A stretch of DNA of 64,000 nucleotides, taken from NCBI GenBank assembly GCA_950097015.1, contig CATNEN010000038.1:29698001-29762000 (forward strand), given 5' to 3'. The notes under the pieces were generated by a model that made no database searches, was not told where the DNA came from, and saw only the letters and a program-made list of their open reading frames with translations. Shown here piece by piece: positions 10,079-23,900 of the stretch. This DNA is from Macrostomum hystrix. Its lineage: Eukaryota > Animalia > Platyhelminthes. How positions within the stretch are numbered: the stretch's first letter is position 1; the number at the start of each line of letters is the position of its first letter. The translations under genes and the position numbers were made by a program.

Positions 10079-13000
10079 GATGGCTATTAGCTTGACGGCC
10101 TTACAAATCTATGCTTAAAGACTTAATTTCTAGACTGCTAGTTAAGTGGAAATCTGTGATTTTATTTATTGAAAGTATATTTCTTTTCTTTGTTGTAATT
10201 TGTGCTGATCACTAACTTTTATATAGCTGCAGTACAATGAAATTTATAAAAGCGGTGAGTGCAGAGCGCTTAAGTTTTTCCGGTTTTATTCAGCTTGGTC
10301 AGCACACATTCTCTACTAAAGTTTAGAGTGGTGTGGATAATTCGCTATATACTTCGTGGAACAATCCAGAGACCCGTTCCATTGTTTGAAGTTGCTTTAC
10401 TATCGCTCTTTTGACACAAAACTATGCGCTGTTGTCTGCACTCAATTGCATCGGTCGTAAAACGCATGAGCTGAGCTTAGTTAATCGCCACGAATGAAAC
10501 TGGTTTGATTTTAGAGCATCGTTGCCTAACTGTCAGGAACAAAAGAACTGGATTGCTTGTCAAGTATGCAAGCATGGACAAATAAACAATGAATTGTCAT
10601 ATGAACGATAAAAACAGGCGTAACTGATTACACAATGTAATTTAAATCAAACTTTGGAATGTCGGACGATCATTTTAACCAGGCGTGCAGGAGCTATAGG
10701 TGTGGCGACAGCATTAATTGACGACGATATTACATCGAGAGCGAATTATGATTAGTCCAAAACAGCTAGATCCCAAAGTATAAAATGTATGTATATATAT
10801 GTATATTTATATCATGTCTGCATTATTATGTAATTATAACTCTGTGTAAAAACCACTCAAAGTGGATTTACTTATGAATATTACTCACGCGCATTACAAA
10901 ACAGACAAACTGACAAAAAAGCAAATTTAAACTAAGAGCGAGCATAATTAGAAATCTCAATTTTGACCTTCGATTACTTTATCATTGCTGAATTACAATA
11001 TGCATGCAATAGATGTATATTAAATTTAATGCTTTAACTAATTTCGTTCCATTGGGACAGGTTTTCTCCCAAATATAAAAAAATGAAACACGTTTATTTC
11101 CATTTCGCTCTTTATTTTCATTTGCCTAAGCTAAACTTAGAACTACAGAAGCTAGTCGTTCTGAACGCATATAATAATGATCAATTTATGCACTAAAGCT
11201 GAGTGCAATTACTAATTAAGTAAAAATACCAGACTAAGTAATAATTAAAGACAAATCCAAAAATCAGCTGACATGCAAAAAATGAAGCTGATGCGACAGC
11301 TCACTCGTTATTGAACTCTTCAATTATATTTTTCCTGAATAAAATAAAATAAAAAAATATATTAAATTCAAATACAAAGAGATTGTGGCAAAAAATTATT
11401 CCTCTTTTGCTTTCACACACTTTTTTGATTTAATACATACAGAATTTAACTTTTAAATTGACGCAATTGTATTAAATTAGTTACAGTGGTCGCCGCACTT
11501 TTGAATTTAACAACACGAAGATATAGTTGAACTTTTAGCATTGATGCATTCGCTGAGATTATTATGTTATGTTTATTTGCCGACAAGGAACTGAGTGACG
11601 AAGCAGACGAACTAAGACGAAAAACTTAACTGAGCGACTTGATCCCTCAGAACGCCCCCCATAAAAGACGTGCAAAACTAATTAAATTATCAGCAGCTTA
11701 AAATACAGAAGACGGTTTGAATAATAGGCGTACATACATTATAAATTATGATTTAGTTTAACAATCGCACTGTTGTGACAGGGACTGTGACTGTGAAATG
11801 TGACATTTCATAAGGGACAATTTCATAACACAATGTTGACATTTTTGGGCATAAACCTAATTTGAGTGAAGTCGTTGTTTGTCCGACATGTAATCATGGA
11901 TGTTTGGCTCTGAAAAATTTGTTTATAATTAAAATAACATGGCTAATTAGACAAACTAGGCCTATAGTAATGACTATTCAGTAGTTGCATTTTTATCTGT
12001 GAATTAAAGACATTGGTGCAAACTCGCCAAATTTCATTATTTATTGCTTCTTGTGAAGATAACATATTATATTAGTTATTTACTAGCAATTTGCTCTTCC
12101 CTTTGGGGACCTTAAACTTGAAGGCAACTGTGCAATTGTGAAACAGTATTTTGTTAGGGCCTAGTCAATAAAATTTATTTTATAGCAGCTAGCCAAGTTA
12201 AGTATTTTAACAAACATAAAAACATAAATTTTAATTGACAACCTTATAGGCCTAAAATACATATTATGCTCCTCCAATGTCTCCTGCCATCAACATAGTT
12301 TTGCTTCATGACTCTGTACTGTCTCACTTTTTTGCTTCTTTTTGGCATCATTAACATTTCATCATAAATCTTGATTATCTATATATATAAAAGTGAAAAC
12401 TCTGTGTGTGTGTCTATGTGTGTGTGCAACCTTTTGTCTTTATAGATGCCGAAACCGCTCAACCAAATCGCACCAAACTTTGCACATACCTAAAACCACC
12501 TAGGCTGAGTGCAATAGGCTACTCAAATTCCCGAAAAATCATTTCCTTCCTGCTCAAAAGTGCAAAAAACTGCTCAAAAATAGTCAAAAAATCACTCAAT
12601 TCAACATATCGTCGCTCCACTTTGTCAGATTTTCTCCAAATTTGATCAACTTACACTTTACATGTTTTCCAACAATGCTGTCAATTTTGAACATCTCTAC
12701 TCAATCCAGAGCAAAGCTGCATCATCTCAAAGTGAGTCACTTTTTGACTCACCTCCCCTCCGCCACTCTGCGGGCCAAATTTTATTATAGCCACCCACTC
12801 CCTTCCCCGGGCGCCGAAGCCCCAGACTGTACATTGTATTTCAAGCCGTGAATGTAGTGCGGTGGCGTCCCAGTGCGCAGGGCTCTCCGGTCGATATTTC
12901 TCTCCAGCCAGCCTGGGATAGAAGAAAGAGAGAGGCTGGCGTACAGTGCTTTGCTAAAATATACAGAGGCTTAGCCTCTCCCACTGAAGAGAAGAGAAAG

Positions 13001-13340
13001 ATTTTTCAACACAGGTCCCCTGTCATTCGGACTACTTCTAACTTTCAGATGCCACCTAAGAAAAGTTTTTTAAGTTGCTTGACTAAAGCAGCTCGACAAG
13101 CAACAGCAAGGCCATGCAGTAGAAGACGGCGCAACAACAGCAGCACCAAGACCAAGCACCTCAGCACAGCCACAAGCAGCTTCAAGTGAAAATGAAGCTG
13201 AGCCAGTCCAGCCTTATAACATTCGACCTCGGACAAGAGCACAGACATCAGGCACCAGTGGAAGCAGTGCTGGAGCTGCAATAAGTTCTACAGCCAGTCA
13301 CGGCAGAGACGTAGATAGGCGACGAGAGCTTAACAGAGAG

Positions 13341-13712
13341 CGAACTGCCGAGGCCCGTCGCAATGAGACTGCAGTCCAGACACAGCAGCGCCAAGAACAG
13401 AACAGAGACCGGACTGCCGAGGCCCGTCGCAATGAGACTGCAGTCCAGACACAGCAGCGCCAAGAACAGAACAGAGACCGGACTGCCGAGGCCCGTCGCA
13501 ATGAGACTGCAGTCCAGACACAGCAGCGCCAAGAACAGAACAGAGACCGGACTGCCGAGGCCCGTCGCAATGAGACTGCAGTCCAGACACAGCAGCGCCA
13601 AGAACAGAACAGAGACCGGACTGCCGAGGCCCGTCGCAATGAGACTGCAGTCCAGACACAGCAGCGCCAAGAACTGGACAGAGACCGGACTGCCGAGGCC
13701 CGTCGCAATGAA
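13341..13712 (+). repeat. 69-bp tandem repeat (~5 copies) within the RepHel reading frame
   Basis: Identical units reading RTAEARRNETAVQTQQRQEQNRD in the RepHel frame. Confidence 0.88.
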
Positions 13713-14218
13713 ACAGCCAACCAGGCTGAAGTGCGTCGGCAGGATGATCGAGAGCGGCATAGGGAACGCGCTGAGACCTTCCAATTTGTTGGACCACCCC
13801 CGGCCCCAACAAACCCCAACGTTGACGAACCTGATCAGCCAGCTGGCCCACGTCCTTGGGCACTGAATGCGGCTCTGAGTTATGATCCCACTGTTGTCTA
13901 TGGTGTCCATCCTAAACTTGCGATGGCGAGAATTTCGGTCAAATGCGCACGCTGCAATGCATTAAGATGGGCCAACGAAACTCCAGGCATGTGCTGTTCC
14001 AACGGAAAGGTCAGACTTGAACCTTTGAACGAGAACCTGCCACCATGCCTTCGGCATCTGTTGCTGGGTGAGACAGAAGAATCTGAGCACTTTCTGTCTA
14101 ATATCCGGTGCTACAACAGCTGCTTTCAAATGACTTCTTTTGGAGCTAAAAGTATTGTCCGTGAGCCAGGGTTCATGCCTGCATTCAAAGTCCAAGGTCA
14201 GGTGTACCATGACATAGG

Positions 14219-17200
14219 TGTTGTATGTGAGGCAGCGTGGCCAAATGAAGAACGGAGCACTGGGTTAGAAGGTTGGAAAAAACGCGAGCCTTCCAAAGGC
14301 CTGTGCGCACTAATATATATTTTAGCCAGTCAGAGTAAACAACAACCCCCGTCCCGGCCTAGACCGGTTCGGATGGACCGACCCCCCCAGCCAATCAAAA
14401 TGCGCCACGCGCACTCTAAGGCGGCATGCAAGCCGCATACACAACATCACCCCCTTCGAAAAGGAAAAGGGATTAACGCATGGGGGAAAACAACAGTCCA
14501 TTGGTGCGCAAAGTTCAACAGTTCTTCCAAGCAAACTGCACATCAACTCGGGCTGAACCGATTAGGTGGTCTCCGGATCCGGCTGCCCCGCCTGGGCTGT
14601 GGCAGCGGCGTCTCGTTGCCCGCCGGCAGCCTCACCGGTGGGTCTGGCCATGGTATCGGCGCCATCAGTGCGCCGAGTCCAACGTCGGCCGCACCATTGT
14701 CCGCCGCTGGTGCACTGGGGACGCTGACAAGGTATCGGAGTGCCATCGCGAGCCGTCGTCGAGCAGCCAGGACTCGGGGCCCAGCCGCCGAATGATTTGC
14801 CGAACGTCGCCCAGCCGTGTCGCCAGCTTGTGAGCATTCTGTGGCCGGCGAACGCGCACGGTGTCGCCAGCCTGCAGTCGTGAAGGTCGGGCGCCTCGAC
14901 GACGATCGGTGGCTAGCCTGGCCTTCTCCTTGTTGGCTTGGACTCGCCGCTCTGTGGCCTCCGCTGATGTAGCTTTCGATGTCGGCTGGCGGATGCCTTG
15001 GCTCCACTGGTTGAGTGGCCCTCGGAGCGGCCGGTTGATCATCAGCTCGGCAGGCGTCAGGCCCGTGGTCGCATTCGCCGTCCAGCGGAAAACGGAGTCT
15101 TTCTCGAGCAGCTCTCGCAGCGGCCTCGCAGTCTTTTCGAAGTCGGGGATGAACTTAGCGAAGTAGTTGACGGTTGCCAGGAACGAAGAAACGGCTCGTG
15201 CTGTTTTCGGTGCCGGGATGCTGAGCACGTCCTCAACATTGGATTTGGACGGTCGAACTCCGTCGGCAGAGATCCTGCAGCCCAGGAAGATGATCTCCGG
15301 GACGCCGATCTGACACTTCTCCCTGTTCAGCGTCAACCCGTTGTCGCTCAGTCGTTGGAGTACCGCTAGGAGTCGCTCGTTGTGCTCATCGGAGTTGACG
15401 CCGTGAATGACGATGTCGTCCACCGAGTGTCGGACACCCTTGATGTCGGCCAGGATCGTTGACAGGATTTTCTGGAAGCAGGCGCCGGAACTGGACATGC
15501 CGAATGGGACTCTCGTGAACTGGTAGAGACCACAGTGAGTGATGAACGCAGTCAGCTGCCTGCTGCCTGGGTGCAGCGGGATTTGAAGGTAGCTCTGCTT
15601 CAGGTCCAGCTTGGTGAACACCTGGGCGCCCGCGAACTCGGCGGCCAGCTCCTCCTGCGTTGGCACGGGGAACTTGTCTGGGTTGATGGCCTGGTTGCAG
15701 TTTCGCAGGTCGACGCAGAGTCGCAGGTCGCCGTTCTTCTTCTTGGAGACGACCAAGTTCGACACTCAAGGAGACGCGTCGATCTTCTTTATGATACCTG
15801 CGGCCTCCATCTTATTCAGTTCGTCCTTCACGCGGTCCTGCAGCGCAAGTGGCACCCGGCGCAGCGGCTCGACCGTTGGCGTCGCATCCTGGCGCAGCAG
15901 CGGCCTGTGGCAGAACTTCTTGGCCATGCCGATGCCGTTGAAGATGCGTGGGAACTCCTCTGCGATGTCTTCGACGCTGCTGATCGTGTTGACTCGGATC
16001 GAGAAACCCAGCTTTTCCATGCCGTCGATACCAAGGATGTTGGCACCTCGTCGAGTGATGAAGAATCGGCAGACCGCAGACTTGCCATGGTGCGCGACGC
16101 GCAGCTCGGCCGTCCCCAGAACCTCGATTGCTGATCCGGTGTAAGAGAACAGCTGCTTGTGGGTCGGCGTGATGACAAGTTGCTTCGGAAGTCGCTTTAC
16201 GGTCTTCTCGTTGATGATGTTGACCCTTGAGCCAGTGTCCAACAAGAGTTTGACGTCGATTTCGGCGATGCTGCAGTTTACAAAGCTTAAAAGAGATGCG
16301 TCACCCTGAACTGCAGACACCTCGAATGGCTCATTGTCATCGTCGTCATCCTTGACGGTGCGGACCTTACGTCGCTGTCGGCAACATGACTTAAAATGAC
16401 CGACCCGGTGGCAGTGCAGGCAGGATTTGTCCTTCGCTGGACACTCAAGGGCGCGGGCGGCGTGCCCAGCCATTCCGCAGTTGCCGCATCGCGCGTCCGA
16501 GCTAGATTTCTGCGGCATCGCATGCTTGGGTCCCTTGCGTGGCGGACGCTGGCTGATCTTCTGGATGCGGGACTCCAACTCCTTGTCGTTCTTGCCGTCG
16601 CGCAGGTTCTTGGCGTCGTTGATGGCGGATTCAACTTGAATCGCTAGGGCTGTGGCTGTCTCCAGCTCGAGCACCTTATCCATGAGCAGTCGCTCTCTGA
16701 TGCGCGGCGAATGGGTCTTCTCGATGATCTGGTCCCTGATCATCTGGTCTTGAAGAGCGCCGTATTCGCAGTCTGCTGCGAGTTCGCGAAGGGCGTCAAC
16801 GAACCGGCTGATCGGCTCGCCAGGCATCTGGGCGCGTGACTTGAATCTGTAGCGGTTGCTGATGGTGCTATGCGACTGGCCGAAGATCGTCTTCAGCTCT
16901 TTCACCAGCTTGTCGAAGGTGTCGACGTTAGCCGTTGGCAGATTCCTCAGCGTGTAGATTCGCTGGCCCTCCTCGCCAAGCAGATGGATGAGAATCGCCT
17001 TCTTGCGTGCGTCCGATGCTTCGTTAAGGTCCAAGGCCTCCAGGTAGATCTTGAATCCTTCGATCCAACGATTCCAAGGCGTGTGTGGCTGTCCTGGGTG
17101 GGCGAGAAACACGCGTGGCTCGGAAATGCTCAGGCTCGTCGCCATGTTGTATGTGAGGCAGCGTGGCCAAATGAAGAACGGAGCACTGGGTTAGAAGGTT

Positions 17201-17372
17201 GGAAAAAACGCGAGCCTTCCAAAGGCCTGTGCGCACTAATATATATTTTAGCCAGTCAGAGTAAACAACAACCACCGTCCCGGCCTAGACCGGTTCGGAT
17301 GGACCGACCCCCCCAGCCAATCAAAATGCGCCACGCGCACTCTAAGGCGGCATGCAAGCCGCATACACAACA
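14219..17372 (-). mobile_element. Ty3/Gypsy (Mag-like) LTR retrotransposon, internally deleted
   Basis: 228-bp LTRs at 14219-14446 and 17145-17372 (TG...CA); 5-bp TSD ATAGG (14214-14218, 17373-17377); PBS TGGCGACGAG and a purine tract (GAAGGGGGTGA) on the minus strand. Confidence 0.96.
14665..17145 (-). pseudogene. gag-protease-RT polyprotein with a premature stop; RNase H and integrase core missing
   Basis: Gag with two CCHC knuckles, protease LLDTGS, RT LRLCVDLR / FTKLDLKQSYLQI / PFG / SVDD. TGA replaces Trp in ASP*VSNLVV at 15766. After FRWT the sequence jumps to the integrase tail ATTGLTPAELM. Confidence 0.92.
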
Positions 17373-20300
17373 ATAGGATCATTGCTACCACTGCCTGGAG
17401 AGGAGCCAAAGTTCCTGCAGATCTACTTCATGGGAGATCATCAAGAGCAGGTTGAGCGCCGATGTAGAATCGCTCCAGGAGTGCGTGCCAACATTGTATT
17501 TGAGTTACAGGAAGTCCTGCACGAGAAAAATAATTATGTTCGTCAATTTAAAACTGCCATGGAGAGGTTGCCACGGGACACAGAGGAGCACAGAGTAGTC
17601 ATTCGTGCTGATAAACGGCCTGCAGGCCAGCATGAGAGGAGATATAACGCACCAGTTGTTAACGATGTCGCAATTCAAATTGTTGGGCAGGAATATGAGA
17701 AGCAAGACATTGTTCTGCAGCTGCGAAGCAATCAGTTGCAAAGGATTTCTGAGCTGCACAAAGCCTATGATACATTGCAGTATCCGCTTATTTTCTGGGA
17801 CGGAGAGGATGGGTACCACATCAACATCAGGCAAATTGACATTCGCACTGGAAACCCATCGGCGACAAAGAATGACAAACGACAAACAAACCCCTGACAG
17901 ACCGCCCCAAAACAAAATTCCTGGATCTGCCACTGACTGTATAGAGGAGTGGCTAAGAGACATGTTTCTAAAGAAGTAATCGGGGCTTTTTGGACAAACT
18001 TTTCACTTATTTTTTACTTAAAACGCCCTTAAACAAACTCTTCACTTTTCATTAATGCAGTAAATAAATAAATGGTGACCTGCACTATAAAGTTAATACA
18101 GAGACGTGAATTGCTTACTGCTTTGCTTTAAATTTCTGCCCCAAAAACAACAGGCAAAAAAGCTAGTTGACATTGATTCTAATGATTTAACTTACAAAGT
18201 GCTACTATAGCAACATACCCAAAGCAGTAAAGTTGTCAATTTTTAGTTGAAGAATTAGCTTTGACTCCAAGAAAAATACACTAAAGAGATAGGGCAAAGA
18301 AGGTTTCTTTAGTCCAATTTATAAGGCTCCATTTTTGAAAATTACAATGAGAATTGTCAAATCAAGCCACATGGTCCCAGTCTGTTTCACATCAAATCGT
18401 CAAAATTTGAAAAAAATGGTCAAATAGCCTTGGAGGAGATACAAATTATACATACATACATAGAAAAAGACAGGTTTTTTCCTATTTATAAGAACATGAA
18501 ACTGAAATTGATAATTTTAAGCTTGCTATGACCATTGTTGGAAAAATTGGCATCTTTTGGTGTTGGTCTTTCATCCTAGTTGGCAACTATCTAGGAGGAG
18601 GTTCGTTACAACCATAGTCAGGAAGGTGGCACAGCATGCTCTGGAATAAATTTTGGAGGGGCAATCTTTATGCCGTCTGTACACCATCTATGTGCCATCT
18701 GTGAGCTGTTTCTCTATGTTAAAGGACCCATGTTAACCCTATGGGTATATGATATATTAATGTTACAAAATATGTGCTGTGCTTGTCCACCAATGTGTGC
18801 CAAGACACTTTATGTGCACTGTGCTTGTGCGCCAATGTGCACAGAGACCATTTGTGTGTGAGGTAATTCCCCCCTCAGAGGCCACTTTCCTGACTTTGGC
18901 ATTACAAACCTGTCTTGCCAGCCCATCAATGATGTCAGCTTTAGTATTATTAGGATTTAGGTGTGGTTTTGCTGTCCCACATTATAACAAGGAAACCTTG
19001 ATATGACTTAGTGTGTGTATACATAGAACATGTATACTGGCATGTTCTATGCAAAATACTGTGTCTTGGCCTATGGTCTTCAATGAGGTTTTTTAAAGTT
19101 AAAACAAATGTACATTTTTATCTTAATAGAAAAGATGATATTTGTAAATAGTAAAAAGATACCTTACTCTAGAAGTTTAAATAAGTATTAGCATTTTTGT
19201 TTAAAAAATGCATTTTCTTATAAGATACTATGTTTTTGCTTATCTTTTTACCCAATTAGAAAGCATTGATTACAATATTAAAGATGTAACCAATATAAAT
19301 ACTTGTACTTTGCCTCTAAACTTATCAAGTAGCACAATATTTAGTTCTTTGATTTTCTGTTTTCCTGATTCTCTTCCAAACTTGGCTTGCTAAACTTGCT
19401 ACTAAGTAAAAAATCTTCAAGCCTCAAAATTTGCCACTATGCATATGCTATAAAATAGTTCTTATTGTTGCCCAAATCTTGCCCTAGTCCATATTATGGA
19501 TCATATGCAGAAAATTAGAGTGTGAATTTGTGTTGCCTGCCCAATTTGGTATATATGGTTGGTATGCACTTGCCTTACAATTATTTCTTAGCATGTGAGG
19601 CAAACTTTTAATCATGCACTTAATTTAAGACATTTTAGTGTGCCTTCCAATTTTTTCTGCCATGCATGATCTATACTTTAGGGCCTAGTAGCCAGCAAGG
19701 CAAGTCAGTGACCAATAACCACTCTAAAGCTACTTAAGGATCCTTAAAAAATAGCTATTGGAATTAGAAACTGATAGACTACAATCTATCATCAGGAACA
19801 TCCTAAGTGTATGTGTAAATTCGTATTTATATGATCCTGTAGCTCTACTCTAGTAACATATTTTTTATCAGGTTTCTTGGCATGTACCCAATTCTGGATG
19901 TTAGCTGCAAAAAACTATATATATTGAACTTCGACCCTTTGGTGATTTGGAGTCTGTAAATGGCAATTCTCAATATTGTCAAGGGCAATAGTAAGGCCTA
20001 GTAAAGGAGTTGAACATTTACTTGGTAAGCTAGCTAATGTTTTAGCATGAAAAAATCAACACTTTTAGTCTTTGTCTATCTTTTAATCTTGCATATATTG
20101 TAAGATTCTTACTAGGATTAGAAAATAGCCTATATAGCAACTATTTTTATAGGTTCAAATTTTCTACAAAATTATTCCTATAATTGTACATACCTCTTAT
20201 AAACTATTGCCAAAAAGGCAGTGCTGCTTGGCCTCATGCTTTAAATAGCATGTTTGTGAATTTCTCAAGATATTTTTGATGGGGATTATAAATAGAAAAG

Positions 20301-20915
20301 GAATGGATCTTGGTTATCTCAGTAACTTGCAACTATCTCCTTGGACAATACAAAAGCAAATGCCTACAAAAATCTAGTCAAATTAAAACATTTATTGGTA
20401 TTTTACCATTTTTTCTCTAACACAATTAATGTTCACTTCAACTTTGTTTAATTTTTTTTCAGTTGCATTTTGCTTCTGGTATAGCAAACTCTGTAGCAAA
20501 AGATTCTAAACCATTTCTCTAAACCAATTATAAAAGGCCTGTTTAAAGGAGTCATTGCTTTAAGAAATGTAGCTTTTAGCTAACAATAACAGTTTTATTC
20601 TCTATTCTAAATTTTTAGGTTTTATATTTGCATTAGCTTCTGCCTTCTGCCTAATCTAATTCTAGATCCAATCACAAAGATAAACTTGATTCTTATACAG
20701 TCAAATGATTGATTTTTTGACATATTAGGTTACCTGTCCTCTTATTTAATGTCATTGAGCATGCTAGTGTGTCCTAGTGTGTCATTGAACTTGTGCTGAA
20801 ATTTTTTATCTAAGTCTGATATAAAATTGATTTACACTTTTCAGCTTAAGATTGCAACTTTTATTTATAACTGAGAAACACTATCTAAGCCAGTCATAAC
20901 CAGCCCAATTGAATT

Positions 20916-23900
20916 ATGGCCACGCCGCCCTATCCAATCTATGGCAAAGCTGGTGAGCCAAGTGCTCCACCGCCAGCACAATATGGTCCTCCACCACCAG
21001 CTTATCCTGGTAGCCAGCAGTCACACTCTGGCTATGTGCCTCCGCCACAGCAGCAGCAACTAAATTATCATCAGAAGCCGCAGCCAAAGGTGCAGACTAG
21101 TCACGGCATTCTGGGCTCATTGGGTAGCATCGGGCGCGACGTAGCTAAAGGCTTGAATTCGTTTGCCACCGAGGCTAGCAGTGTCTATAGTCGCAGTGTT
21201 CACGGCGACATTGTTTCTCAGCTAGTTAATGGTGAGGCTTTCATTCCACTAACTTCATTCCATAAAAATATCAAATCCTATGACTGTGTACAATGCCTGA
21301 CGATGAGAAAGTCCGGGCAGAAGTACGCAACTGTGTGAGTGTGTGCTCAGGAGACAGCAAAATGTGCAGAATTGCCTCCTCGCCGGCTGCGGATCTAGCG
21401 TCACCAAGTGATGCGCCATTGTCCACCACCCTCTTGCAATTATTCTAATAATTTTTATTGTTTTTCAGCGTTAGTAGTAGTAGGTAGACCATTTTTTGTG
21501 ACTGTTATGGTCACATGTTGCCGTTGGTGACCATTTTTCGTGACTGTTATGGTCACATGTTGCCGTTGGTGACCATTTTTCGTGACTGTAATGGTCACAT
21601 GTTGCCGTTGGTGACCATTTTTCGTGACTGTTATGGTCACATGTTGCCGTTGGTGACCATTTTTTGTGACTGTTATGGTCACATGTTGCCGTTGGTGACC
21701 ATTTTTCGTGACTGTTATGGTCACATGTTGCCGTTGGTGACCATTTTTCGTGACTGTTATGGTCACATGTTGCCGTTGGTGGCCATTTTTTGTGACTGTT
21801 ATGGTCACATGTTGCCGTTGGTGACCATTTTTTGTGACTGTTATGGTCACATGTTGCCGTTGGTGACCATTTTTTGTGACTGTTATGGTCACATGTTGCC
21901 GTTGGTGGCCATTTTTTGTGACTGTTATGGTCACATGTTGCCGTTGGTGACCATTTTTTGTGACTGTTATGGTCACATGTTGCCGTTGGTGGCCATTTTT
22001 TGTGACTGTTGTGGTCACATGTTACCGTTGGTGGCCATTTTTTGTGATCGTTCATCAAGGTCACTATGTGACTGATCAGTGTGACCATTTTTGTGACCGT
22101 TTTTTCAGAGTTATATGTTTCTTTATTTCTCTCTTGTGGATAAAATAGGATTTCAGTATATAGAGCACACCAAGTTGAAATAAAAATGCATATAACACAT
22201 TCCCACACATGCACAGACGTTTACACGGTGGATAGATCGATATATTAATATAGATAGATAGATAGGGTATTTTTTAAAAACTATGTGCTAAATAATGTTA
22301 GGGGCAAAATTTATTCACTGTGTTCCTGTTTCCGATTCTTCTGCTTGACCTTACTCTCGATTTTTCGGTCATATGGCCATGTCTGCAGATATGTCTCAGG
22401 ACGGTCACACAGACGGTCACATTACGGTCACATAACGGTCACTGAAATGTCACAGAACGGTCACAGTAATCAGTCACAGAATGGTCACACAGAACGGTCA
22501 CAGTAAACAGTCACAGAATGGTCACACAGAACGGTCACAGTAAACAGTCACAGAATGGTCACACAGAACGGTCACAGTAAACAGTCACAGAATGGTCACA
22601 CAGAACGGTCACAGTAAACAGGCACAGTGAACGGTCACAGTAAACAGTCACAGAATGGTCACAGTAAACAGTCACAGAACAGTCACAGTAAACAGTCACA
22701 GAATGGTCACAGTAAAACCTTCACGGAATGGTCACAGTAAACAGTCACAGAATGGTCACACAGAACGGTCACAGTAAACAGTCACAGAATGGTCACACAG
22801 AACGGTCACAGTAAACAGTCACAGAATGGTCACACAGAACGGTCACAGTAAACAGTCACAGAATGGTCACACAGAACGGTCACAGTAAACAGTCACAGAA
22901 TGGTCACACAGAACGGTCACAGTAAACAGTCACAGAATGGTCACACAGAACGGTCACAGTAAACAGGCACAGTGAACGGTCACAGTAAACAGTCACAGAA
23001 TGGTCACACAGAACGGTCACAGTAAACAGTCACAGAATGGTCACATATAACGGTCACAGTAAACAGTCACAGAATGGTCACACAGAACGGTCCCAGTAAA
23101 CAGGCACAGTGAACGGTTACGTTTCACGGTCACAGACTAAACGGTCACAGCCCCCTTTTGTGACCGTTCTTTTTTATACGGGATTAAGCGTCGGACTCAC
23201 AACTTTAAAGTCGCGGGTTCGATTCTTGGCTTAGTCGAAGTAAACTCTGCATTGCTTTAGTTTAGGCAACTGGTAAATGGGTACCAGCATTAGAGCTAGG
23301 GTGTGGCGTCCTCCTAGTCCATCGAATGAAAAGCTGTACGCAGCATTCAGATGCTTTAGGCCTAATCTACTCTACTACTAACTAAACTGCCTTTCAACTC
23401 ACTACAGGCACCACCGTCATCCTGATTTCTCGAGTCAGCGGGCGCAGCCTGCAAATTGTTCAGTCCTACGATGGCCGACTAATTGTAGACGCCGCTTGTA
23501 CCGATTCGCCGCAAATCTTCAATAACAAATGGCTGGTGACACGATTCCCTAATTGGTTCCTATTTTCTAACTATAACAATTATCTGGCCATTGAGGGCGG
23601 AAATCTTGTACTAGCTACTGGGATTGTAAGTTTTCTGCCTGATTTATTTATCTATCGATTCTTTATTATAGATTTATCTATTTTTATTTTGATTCTAGAT
23701 TGTATATTATTATCCTCACATTATTGATTCCTTATTCTAAAAGAAGCCATTTTTAATCAAATTCCCTGCTTCTTATCATACAGTAACCTTCATTATCACT
23801 CTTATTCTACAATTATCGATTTCTTATTCTACAATTATCGATTTCTTATTCTACAATTATCGATTTCTTATTCTACAATTATCGATTTCTTATTCTACAA

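Larger units (their letters stand above)
13049..17875 (+). pseudogene. Helitron RepHel N-terminal fragment, split by an LTR element and truncated
   Basis: CARCNALRWANETPGMCCSNGKV, NIRCYNSCFQMTSFGA, FKVQGQVYHDIG|SLLPLPGEEPKFLQIYF and YDTLQYPLIFWDGEDGYH are typical helitron N-terminal motifs. The frame rejoins across the LTR element once one TSD copy is removed. Confidence 0.88.
12378..18166 (+). mobile_element. Helitron, deletion derivative keeping the N-terminal part of RepHel
   Basis: 5' A|TC at 12378; 3' short hairpin (TGCC..GGCA) plus CTAG|T at 18166. Both ends are shared with the copy at 41340-43248. Confidence 0.92.

Noticed and set aside
14219-14795. C-terminal half of ORF 13731..14795 as a novel fusion protein
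   Set aside because: Read-through of the Helitron frame into the antisense LTR element.
21455-22214. Repetitive ORFs on both strands
   Set aside because: They are translations of the intronic 42-bp minisatellite.
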